Shown here in pieces: positions 39,001-51,000 of a stretch of DNA of 64,000 nt. This DNA is from Lytechinus pictus (lineage: Eukaryota). Location: assembly GCF_037042905.1 (NCBI RefSeq), contig NC_087245.1, positions 37,760,001-37,824,000 on the forward strand, in the 5' to 3' direction. A program made the position numbers and the translations under genes. The notes under the pieces were generated by a model. The model was not told the origin of the DNA, did no database searches, and worked only from the letters and a program-made list of their open reading frames with translations. The stretch's first letter is position 1; each line of letters begins with the position of its first letter.

Positions 39001-42000
39001 CTTAGTTTATCATCTGCTTTCTTGCTCTCCCTCTCTCTCTCTTTATCAGTTTGGTGGTGATATATGGAGCCTTCATTCTACCACAAGATCCAGTGTTCTC
39101 CACGTAGCCTGCTCCAGAGGGCTCCAGGAGATCGTCCGGTACCTCCTCTACTATTGCCATCCTAACGATACAAACCACACCATTGATATCAACGCTGTCA
39201 ACAAGGTCGGAGTTTCCGCTCTTCAACTTGCCGCCTCTAAAGGTATGCTCACCCAAATTAAGAATTATCAAAGTGCAGATTCATATCAAGTTATGATCAA
39301 GTTGTATTTCCATGAAGAACGGTTTTGTCCTTAAGCTGATGCGTATGTAGCATGGTTTTATTCTTATTCCATTTTCATTGTATGATGTCTCTTGAATCAG
39401 CCAAATTCATTGCTGAATGATTGTTAGTTCTCCATTGTTAAAAGTGTAGATAAAGCTCTTGTTTTAGAAATTCTTGCCTGGCTATATAAATTGTGATCCA
39501 ACACCAACACCAAACCCAGATTAGGTGTTAGAGCGATAAAAGGCAATATATATTTTCCTCCAACACCACCACCAAACCAAGATTAGGTTTTCGAGCGATA
39601 AAAGGCAATATAAATTGTTCTTCCAATACCAACACCACCACCAAACCAAGATTAGGTGTTAGAGTGATAAAAGGCAATATAAATTGTTCTTCCAACACCA
39701 ACACCACCACCAAACCAAGATTAGGTGTCAGTGCGATAAAAGGTAATATTAATTTTTCTTCCAACACCAACACCACTACCAAACCAAGATTAGGTGTTAG
39801 AGTGATAAAAGGCAATATATATTGTTCTTCCAATACCAACACCACCACCAAACCAAGATTAGGTATTAGAGTGATAAAAGGCAATATAAATTGTTCTTCC
39901 AACACCAACACCACCACCAAACCAAGATTAGGTTTTCGAGCGATAAAAGGCGATATAAATTGTTCTTCCAATACCAACACCACCACCAAACCAAGAGTAG
40001 GTGTTAGAGCAATAAAAGGCAATATAAATTGTTATTCCAACACCAACACCACCACCAAACCAAGATTAGGTGTCAAGAGATAAAAGGCAATATAAATTTT
40101 TTTTCCAACACCAACACCACTACCAAACCAAGATTAGGTGTTAGAGTGATGAAAGGCGATATAAATTGTTCTTACAATACCAACACCACCACCAAACCAA
40201 GATTAGGTGTTAGAGCGATAAAAGGCAATATAAATTGTTCTTCCAACACCAACACCACCACCAAACCAAGATTAGGTGTCAGAGAGATAAAAGGCAATAT
40301 AAATTTTTCTTCCAACACCAACACCACTACCAAACCAAGATTAGGTGTTAGAGTGATAAAAGGCAATATAAATTGTTCTTCCAACACCAGCACTAACACC
40401 AAACCAAGATTAGGTGTTCGAGCAATAGAAAGCAATATAAATTGTTCTTCCAACATTATCACCAACACCAAACCAAGATTAATTGTTGGATTGATAGAAG
40501 GCAATATGAATTGTTCTTCAACACCAACACCAAACTTGAAATCACCTGTTTGGTGTCTTTTGGTATCTCCTTTTCAGGTCATAGCGTCATAGTGAAGATG
40601 CTGTTGGAGCACGGGGCCAGCGCGGCCATCATAGATGACCAGGGAAGACTGTACAAGTGTGTGGAGTATGAGGGTGTCCAGGCACTCATTGAGAAACACA
40701 GGAAGAACAGGACAGAGAGGACCATGCTAGGCATCAAGGATAAGAAGAGATTTAAACACCTCAAGAAGATGTGGCAGGTATGTAGATCATGATGATTTAA
40801 ACAACTTACAAAAAGATAACTGAAGATAATTGACAATTTATACAATATCAGATGTGCCCGGTATGTAGGTCTTGATGATTTAAAAAAAACTTAAGAGATT
40901 GAAACAACTCAAAATATGTGGCAGGTATGTAGATCTTGACAATATACTGTAAACAACTTAAGATGTGGTCGGTATGTAGAACTAAAAAAAATAAAAATAA
41001 ACATCTCTCAAAGAGATTAAACAACTCATGAAGATGTGGCAACTTATTACTCAAAAAGATGTGAAAATTTTGACTTATACAGTATTGACAATTTAAACAA
41101 CTTACGATGTGGCAGGTATGTAGGTCTTGATGATTTTAACAACTTAAGAAGATATTTAAACTTAAACGTCTCAATAAGTTGTGGCAGGTTTGTAGAACTG
41201 AATGATTTTAACAACCTACAAAGATATGGCTGGTATGAAAAACTTGATGATTTAAACAATTCAAGAAGATGTGAGAGGTATGAAGAACTTAAAGAAAAGA
41301 TAACTCAAGAAGATGTGATATGTATGTAGATCTTGATGATTTAAACAACTCACAAAGAGATTTAACAACTCAAGAAGATGTGACAGGTATGTAGAACTGA
41401 TTGATATAATATGTGGCATGTATGTAGAATTTGATTATTTAAACAACTTAAGAAGATGTGGAAGGGTATGAAGAATTTGATGATTTAAACTACCAAAACG
41501 GAGATATAAACAACTCAAGAAGACGTTGCATTATCAGATTCTCTATTTCAAAGTATTCCTCAAACACCACAGACCTGACCAGCTTGTTTTAACCAAGAGA
41601 TAGAATTAGATTTAAAGTCCTTATAGCAATGATAGGATGCAGCTATTGGATTGACCGTTTCGTTTGTCTCTCCACAGCCCAAGTTTGACCACAATCTACG
41701 CAATAAAGCCGGAGACACACCCCTGATGGCAGCCTGTCTCTATGGTCGACTGGAGGTGGTCAAGTTCTTCTTGGAAACGGCCGTCCAGAACATGGAGGAA
41801 GAGGAAGGGGACTTTGAAAGGTAGAGTGGTCTGTAAGATCTTGATAGAATTTGATGAGCCAGAATGATTTCGATGTAACAAAGGGTTTTCCATAGACTCA
41901 AGCCTTCATATATGTGTGGTCAATCTCCAACGGGTTAAACATAAAGGTGCCTTGAAGTCACTGGACTTTGAACCACAATGTCTTGGTTTCATATCCGACT

Positions 42001-45000
42001 GCAAAACTCACGACCTTTGGCAAGGCATTTATCTACATATGCCGCTCTCCTTCCAGGTGTAGGATACCCAGTAGGAAATAATTCCTTGAATGCTTGAACA
42101 TGGTAGCCATGCAAAAGTATGCAGGTCTTGAAACATCGTATTGAGCGTTATAAAAATGTTGCCTCGTATCATTTTTGTCATGATTCAGGAACCTTCTTAG
42201 AATTTTGCTTAAATGTTTTTATTGATAATCAGGCCAAGGAGATAGAAACATGAATATGGTGTTTCAGAGACCTTTTCAGAATATTGCTAATATATATTTT
42301 TTTTATTCAGGTCAATGAGATGGAGACGTGAATCTGACAATGATTCAGGGACCTTCTTGGAATCTTGCTCACCGGGTACCTCAAGGAAAAATAGAGGTTT
42401 GATTAACTTTTACACAGTATGTTGAAATACATTGATAGAATATCACCATCATTTTTTAAAATGTATAGAAGTTTTTTTTTTTTTTTAAATAAATCCCCAA
42501 GTCTTTGAATCATTGGCGGCGGAAGCCAAAAAATTTTAGGGGGGACCACGAAAATTTTTGACAAGCAAAAACAAAAAATAAAAAAAATAAAGGGTCATCA
42601 ACAAAAATCTTTAGGGGGAACGCTGGGAAAAAAAATTGACAAGCAAAAAAAAAAATTTAGTTTCTCTCCCCCCACCTAAAATTTAGGGGGGGGGGGGACA
42701 CGTCCCCCCCGTTTCCGCCACCTCTGCTTTGAATGTGTATCATATGCTGTTTAAACAAGAAAAAGGAAAATGAACGCAATACAAAGCATTCAATTAAAAC
42801 ATGAGGCAAATCTAGGTGCTACCTAATAGCTAGGATCATTAAAAAACAATACAATTGAAACGAATTGCCCTTATGTACAAATTTAGGAGTATGTTCAATT
42901 TTGGAATTGAATATACTGAATTTAACAGGCTCCTGTGTTGTTTCTCATTGACCGTGTGTTATAAATGGCTAATCTTAAAAATATACCTTTTGCGACAATT
43001 ATTAGTATATATAGAGGATGAATTAGCCTATAATTTCATCTGTGAAGAGAAACTAAAATGTTTATTGAGAGGAAAGGGGCCTGTTTTGCTACTTGGTAAC
43101 ATAATTATTGTGATATCAATGTATCCATAGTGAATTAGTGTGGTAAAATTCAAGTAGGCCTATATTACAAGACTACACAGCTGAAAATGGTGCATAATGG
43201 GTAGTAAATCTGGCCAGATAGGGGTAGTTGAGGACTTGGGGAGGGGCTATTAAGGCTGCTGGTGTGTAAGCCCTCTAAGAATGTCACACTTTGCTTTTTT
43301 ATTTTCTCTTCACAGCATCACTAGACTACATGGAATGTTCAACGGATTTTAGCGACTATGAGGATACGTCCGCCTTCCATCCTTCTCGCTTTGATCTGTA
43401 TCCCAATATACCATCACAGGTAAATACATCCAAACCTCCTTAGAAAGCACCCAGGGAGAGACAAATAAAAACAAGCCGTAAAGGGGAATCCAGCCTTGGC
43501 CATAAAATGTTGTGTTGGGAAGGAGAAAAATAAATTAAACAGAATAGTGAAAGTTTGAAAGAAATCGGAGAAGCAATAAGAAAGTTATAGCTGCTTTAAA
43601 ATTGAGATCACTAATAGTATGTAGATTTCAAATTGGCAACTGGGTAAGTAAATTATGACAAGGGGCAAGGACAACTTTTCCATAGGCCATGTACTTTATT
43701 ATCAGGGATTTGTGGTTTTCTCCTAAGTACCCATTCCCCTGGGGCAGTAATCTAAATATAACCCAGTTAGTATATTGTTTTATGTCCTCATGAAAGAAAA
43801 ATATAATTTGAAATAAAACTTTTGGGAAAAATGACATTTTAGCCATAATATGTATTGGAGTACATGGAAGAGTAGTCCTTGCCTTACATCACTATGACAT
43901 CCCATATGCGGCCAATTTGAAGTCTCCATGGGTATAGTGATTACCAATTTTTAAAACTTTTAAAAATTCATAACTTTCTTTTTGTTTGTCCAATATTGTT
44001 CAAACTTTCACCTATCAACTTGTCTGATTTTTCTTTTTCTTATAAAAACAAGTTTTTATTTGGGTTGGATTCCCCTTTAAGGAGCAGGTGGTTCCTGTAC
44101 TATTATGTTTCATTGGGAAATGTGTAGTAAAAAAAAATAAATGGAATGTCATTTTCTAAACAAATTGAAAATAGTTTTTATTCTACCTTCTTTACCCTCA
44201 GCATTAACACCCCCCTTCCCAGTTTAAGAGCACTCTAAAGACCCATCTGTTTTCCCTAATATTATATGGATACTGTTTGTCATTTAGATGTATGAATATC
44301 CGAAGGATTGATTTTTCGTGCATTATTTTTGTTTCATTATTTTGTGTAAACACCCCTCAGGACATGTCCAGTGATTCTGACTCGAACGTGACCGTTGAGA
44401 GTCTGCGGAAGAGAAGGAGGACTGGAGGAAAGGCTGGTAGCAGACAGTGTTTATCAGACACGGAGACCCTGGATACACTCTCACGGCTTCCAGTAGGATT
44501 AGGTAAGCGTGCCTTTAGAGATGAACTCCAAGGCCCGTATTCTGAACTCGGGTTTGAATCAGACCTTTGTCTCACACTGTGTTGAAGTTATGGGAAGCCA
44601 AAAATGTCCAAATTGCATACTTTTACATTATTTGTTTCTCATCTTTGCTGGGATCTTTCCTCATGTATTTATGATAACGTGAACTATTTCAGTAATTGTT
44701 CCCAGTTAGTTATGAATGATTTGAGTGCCAAATGATCAGACAAATTGAACTTGCACTGTTAGAGCTGCCTTTCACAATGGGCTGTCCATAGTTAAACAAC
44801 AGCTTTAGACCGGGGCCCCGTCTTACAAAGAGTTACGACTGATCCAATCAATCGTAACTCTATGGAAATCCATCAGTGTCATAATTTTTTCTACATGAAA
44901 TAAATTTGCAAAATGTCCTTTGTAAACAAAGGAGAACACACCAAATTGTCAAGAAATCAATGAATTTATGGATATACATTCATGTCTAGAACTTTTTTGA

Positions 45001-48000
45001 ACAAATAAGCAGTTTATATGTTGACTTTGCTGGCTTTCCAAAGTTGTGATTGATCGGATCAATTGCAACTCTTTGTAAGATGGGCCCCTGAGTTTGACCC
45101 GAGTTCAGAACATGGGCAAAATAGTTGAAGTAAGCGATGATTCTAGAGAAAATCTTTAAAATCAAGGTCAATTGTTACTATATCGTTGTTAATCTTAATC
45201 TAGTACTTTTACATAAACTTAACTTGGTGAAATCTTGAAATCTATAAAGCTGAAAAGCAAGCACACTTAAGATCACCAACACATAAAAGCATATGTGGGA
45301 TTTTGTATCATAAAGGATATTATTGTGGGATTATTTTTTGTTCTAATTTTCCAAACTGACATGACTTGGTGGCGATTTGAATATTGTGGTTAATAATTAG
45401 TATTTTTTTCTCATTTCAATTTTCTTTTGAAAAAAACAGGATAAAGAGTGAGATTCCTTTTTTTGTTTGCATCATGAGAATGAAGGCTTTGACTAAATGA
45501 ATGTTTCTCTATAAATATCGAAGCATATCAATATATGGTCATTCTCTATCCCCCTCTTGCCCCTCTCACTCTCTCTCTCTCTCTTTTGCTCTCTCATTGT
45601 ATTAAATTTGACACATTTCTCAGACATTTCACAAAGGGTGATACAAGTATTCGGAAAAGGAAGACTTCAATGATATTCATGGAGAATTAAAAAAAAGTAC
45701 TTTCTGAAAGTCTCCCACCCCTTCCTCTCTTCATTTGTCATGACATATTTGATGCCATCAAGTCTGGTTGTTAATCAACAAATCTCACCAGAATGGCAAT
45801 ATTAAAAAAATAGTTTTATTACATGGACTTTATGTCATATAATTCAATGGAATATTTAGCGTTCGTGAATTTTTTGTGTGCTTTCTCTCTTTTTTTCATG
45901 AATTTAGATTTTTGTGTAGATTTGTATTGCATTTCCAAAAAAATATATATATAATGGGTGATTGATTGTTCTATCTTTAGCTTATGAAAGACTGCACTCA
46001 ATTTCAGAAGAGAGAGGTATATATTGTGTATTAGTAGCATGTTGTTTGCTTTTTTTACAAGATGTGTATTATCTTGTACAAAGCATGTGTATTCATAATT
46101 TCAGCATGTATGACTATATATATTTTTCATATATTACATATTTTTATGAATGCCCTTTGTTGTGGGACTTTTTTAAGTTGATTTTACTTATGTTTATTAT
46201 GATTTTGAATAATTTAATGTCATTTCATTATTTTCATATTTATTACATTTAACTGTGTAAAATTGTGTATGCATGTTTAAATAATGTTTTATGGTAATAA
46301 TCTACTATGATTTGGGATAATAAGTATTATTATTAAGCAACTCACGAAGGCGAAAGAGTAGAAATGAATGGTCAGTTGTATCAAATTTTATTTGATGCCC
46401 AATATTATATATGTATATTTCCTTCTTGGAAAAATTGTTTTGCATTTTGTGTTTTTATGCAAACACTATTGAAGTCAGTGTTTTGTTTTTTTGGTGTGTT
46501 TGTGTTTCTATAAAAAAAGGAACTTACATCGATTGATAAAAAAATATGTATCTTTTATATTACTCTGTATCTATTACAATGACATGATTATTAATTTTTT
46601 GGTTTAGAACTTTGGACTTAAAATCTGGGCCCAGTCTTACAAAGACATGTGATTGATTTTATCAGTCTCAATACCGGAAAGCCGGACATCAATGTCGCCA
46701 TTCTTCATAGGAAATGTGTATAACACCCCTTTGAAAATGGGGCGAACTTTTCACAGACTTGTCATAACAATGATACATGTGTGAGTATACATCGCAACTA
46801 GGAATACTATGAATGGATATTTGCATTCTAGATGTTGGGTTTATTGGCTCTCCATAGATATGATTGATTGAATCAATCGCAACTCTTTCAGAAGACAGGG
46901 CCCTGAGGTATTCTGTATATTTTCATTCGTCTAGGTTCAAGGTATGCTCCCAGTCTTGCATCCATTAGGTCTACATCAATGGCAAGTCTTACTGATACAG
47001 GTTAGTTCCATACCGTTAGATTGTCTTCAACTGTTAACACAATGCTGGTCAGTCCCATAAAGTCATATTCATGTGTTTAGCTTACAAAATGCTGGTCAGT
47101 CCCATACAGTCATATTCATGTCTTTAGCTTACACAATGCTGGTCGGTCCAATAAGTCATATTCATGTCTTTAGCTAACAAAACGCTGGTCAGTCCCATAA
47201 AGTCATATTCATGTCCTTAGCCAACATAATGCTGGCTGGTCTGATACATGAGCAGTGTTCTCTCTAGCTTACATGTTAAAGATATTCTAGATATTCCTGT
47301 GTATTGAATTTGCTAAATAATCTTCAATTTAGAAAGTTACTTTCATTTTTGTGTCCCATATTGTTATCTACTACCTTTCACTACCTTTTTTTTTTTTTTT
47401 TTTTTTTTTTTGGGGGGGGAGGGTTCATAAGTAGATTTGTTTCCATTTATGTCTTTAGATATATACTGTTTTTACACGCTGCATCGGCTTGCTGTGCAGA
47501 ACCATGAGCCGATGCAGAATCTGCTTTTTTGTTGCATGTAAACGCAGTTAACTTGCATTGGCTCTCGGTTCAGAATCGGCAAATTTGCACCACCAAAATA
47601 GTAGGATCAGAATCGAGAGGCGATGAAGAATCTGCTATTTTTCTACGTGTAAACACGCGGGTTTCAATTACGTTACCATTATGACATACTTGTAAGCGCT
47701 CGGATCCAGCGTTGTCTTCATTATGACGTATGTTGTTGGTGCGCGGATATTTCATCCACTGAACTGTGAGTTTGCCCCGTGAACCAATTCTGTACCGCGA
47801 GCTATGACATCGTGTGAACTCGATGCAAGATAACCCAAAAGCCGATTCTGCAATGCGAGCCGATGCTGCGTGTAAGCGCGGTAATAATCTGGTTCCATTG
47901 CTATGAATATTTATGACATACTGTATCATTGACTGACCGTTCCCTGATATCATTTTTATTAATGAAACATAAATCTGGGCCAATATTAATAATGTCTCTT

Positions 48001-51000
48001 CTGGACGTTAAATCTGACAGTAATTCATATTTAATAATGACTTGTTCTTGGGCTAATTAAAATGTGGTTTCTTTCTTGTGCCTGAAGTCTGAAGAATGAT
48101 ACTACTATACATGTATAAGTTCCCAAAGTCCAAGGTAAATGTACATGGCTTTCCCAGCATCTAAATTCATCAGCTTTCACTCATATCAAATTGGCCGCAA
48201 TCGGTATTTTTCTACCCTCTTTCACAGTATGAACAAATAAAAGATTGATATGACATGAGTCAAACTTAAAAAAAAAATTACCTTAAAATGATGCCAATTG
48301 ACATTATTGATTAGTGATTTTTATAATTTCATTGTTCTGCCAATTTAGAAGTGTAATGATAAGTCTAAACAAAAAACTTTCATTCAGCAATGGGGATCAA
48401 AAGGGATCGAGTACTTTAGTACACTTCTCTCTCTCTCTTATCATATATCATGTGTAATTGGCAGTATTTGGGATCAACAGATACTGCAAAATCGCCCCGT
48501 ACAGGGAACACTATACCACTACTTTCTCATTCCCAGACTAAGTAATGTAATCTTTGATATTTCAAAAATATAGACTTTCCATTTGTAGAATGATTTCATT
48601 TTTGTGATTATCGTGATACAGAGTGTCTTTCTCGACCCCCTGATATGGTCTCGATACGATCCTTCAACGCAACCAGTAGCATGTATGGGGGATCAAAAGG
48701 GCTTCATTCCAGGACTCCGTCCATGAGTGAAATGTATCTCAACCTCGGTCAACCAACCAGACCAAATATATACCAAGGTAATACATCAGTCCTAGTGCGG
48801 ATGTTGCTAGATTTTATGACATGGGGTGTTTCACAAAGTTGTAAGATTTAAGATGGAGCGTTGTGGCCTTGTGGATTAGTCTCCGGCCTTTGAAACCAAG
48901 GGTCGTGGGTTCAATTCCCAGCCAAGGTTTGATTTCTTACAGCAAGAATTTGATCCACATTGTGCTGCACTCAACCCTGGTGAGGTAAAGAGGTAGCCGG
49001 CAGGATTAATTCCTTTAATGCACGAAGTGCCTGTAGCTGCTGGACCTATAGCAGGGGTAATATATAGTGCGCCGTTGAATAGGCAACGAGACAATCAGCA
49101 CGTCATCTATGCTTATAAATTAAGGTTGATTAATACTTGCATTTGAATTCACTTTTGCATGTGGTGAATTATACATCACGCTCATCTGATGTGCTTTATT
49201 GCGTATTAATCGATGCGATTGTGCTTAAAATATCAAATGTGCGTTGGTGCTTCAGCGTGGTGTTAAGTCAGACTTAATTTCTTGTAAAACACACCCTGGT
49301 CTTTGTGTATGGCCATTTACATCTGCCACTCTCCAATCAGTAAATGGTTGTTGAGGTTGATGTGCAATTAAAAAAAACTACATGTATTTTCATATTTATC
49401 TCATCAGATATAACGTCTCGATAATTCGTGTATTAAATGAAAGAATTTGGCTCAGGGTTTTACTCGCAATACTTGCAAGAGACCAAGGATTTCATTAGTG
49501 CAAAGTCTTTCTCAATCCAAATACAAGCTAGATCGGGATGTGGAACTCAGAGTAATACTCATCAGCTATCATATTGCTAACTCTAACCGTACTCTTGGAC
49601 ATGGATACTTAAATTATTATTATCATTTTGTTTGGCATCACCTGTGCCTGGAAGGCGAAAAGTGAACTGAATTTGTGACCCGCAGGTCTCTCCTGATATA
49701 ACTGATGAGAGGAGTGCAGGAGGACCACGTCACCGAGGTTTCCCCTACGTGCATTTTTTAACATCCTATCCGAGGGATAGAGTGTTTTCCACTGTAATAT
49801 ATCTGCATCTATGGAACAGGGGAGAGACGTTAAATGCACTAGCTTTAGTCGTCGAACCCACGATCTTTGGTTCGACAGGCAGACGCTTTACCATCTGAGC
49901 CAACTTTGCTCTCTATCTATCGTCAATTTTCTGTTTGTATCTTTATTCCCCTCAGGATCATCAATCAATCACCTCTGTGCCTCTAACACTCTGGATGGGT
50001 GTACATCATTACATAGAGCCGTACAGTGCTCTGATCAAAAGATTGGTCTTGCTGTCCTCACCCTTCTGGTGGACAAGGACGCAACCATCGTCAATGTCCA
50101 GAATCATGACGGTCTGACCGCCCTTCACCTGGCCTGCAAGTTGGACAGGAGACAGATGGTCAAGAAACTTTTGGTAAGACCGCAAAGTTATTGTGACGAG
50201 AATTTGGGCATATGAACAATAGTAGAGGCAACCGCACACCTTATGATGGGTCTACGACCAGATTTGAGAATAAAAAACGCTTTATCCCTAACCTGAATGG
50301 GGTTTTTTGGATGTGAGCTGGGTGGGGGAGGGGGGGCTGACACACCACCCCCCATTGAGATCTAGACCGCCGATCACACGAGCACCCCGAAAATTGGCCG
50401 ATATTGTAGTGTGTGATGTATTTTACAGGGCTGTATGTTTAAATAATTATATTTTTCTTATATGAGTTAATTATGCTAATTCATATATAAATGATACTTT
50501 TTGCTCTTATTAAAGAAAAAGGCTCCTAGAATACTACTTTTGGTGTAAATATCCTTTATAACAGTCGTGTTAATGAAAAAAAAAAAAATCTCCCCATGAA
50601 ACATGTATTACGGTATACATATTTCTCTTGCAGAAAGTTGAAAATAATACGTTTCCACCTGAAATACCTTTTTAATCCCTCAGAATTTCCTTTTAAGTGC
50701 AAGCATCCCTACGATTTCTTTTTTAATAACTTTTAACAGAAACGTTTTGACCATGTGCCTAATAAAGTATGTTGTTTATGTACATTAATGTATGTTAATA
50801 ATGGTATGTGCTCTATTAATGGAATCAGTTATTTTCCCCCGACAGAGTGTTGACTATATAGACCTCAACATCCGTACCTTGGATGGCAAGCTTCCAGAGG
50901 AGATGACTAGATCGGAAAGGTCAAAGGTCGCTAAGATGGTGAAAAATTCAAGAACAAATATTGAGGAAAACAAGTAAGAACTGGCTTTTAAAGGTGAAGT

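Noticed and set aside
39528..40592. Long repeat-peptide ORFs on both strands; CRISPR-like look
   Set aside because: Head-to-tail 69-bp minisatellite with no unique spacers and no cas genes, inside a phase-consistent intron.
41036..41329. 97-aa ORF with repeated DDFNNL motifs
   Set aside because: Translation of the donor-derived minisatellite; no acceptor is needed for the exon chain.
47570..47983. 137-aa minus-strand ORF
   Set aside because: Lies mostly within a MITE, antisense to the host gene, with no recognisable domain.
48854..48930. Possible tRNA gene
   Set aside because: The A/B boxes run into a multi-copy SINE body and I see no clean cloverleaf.
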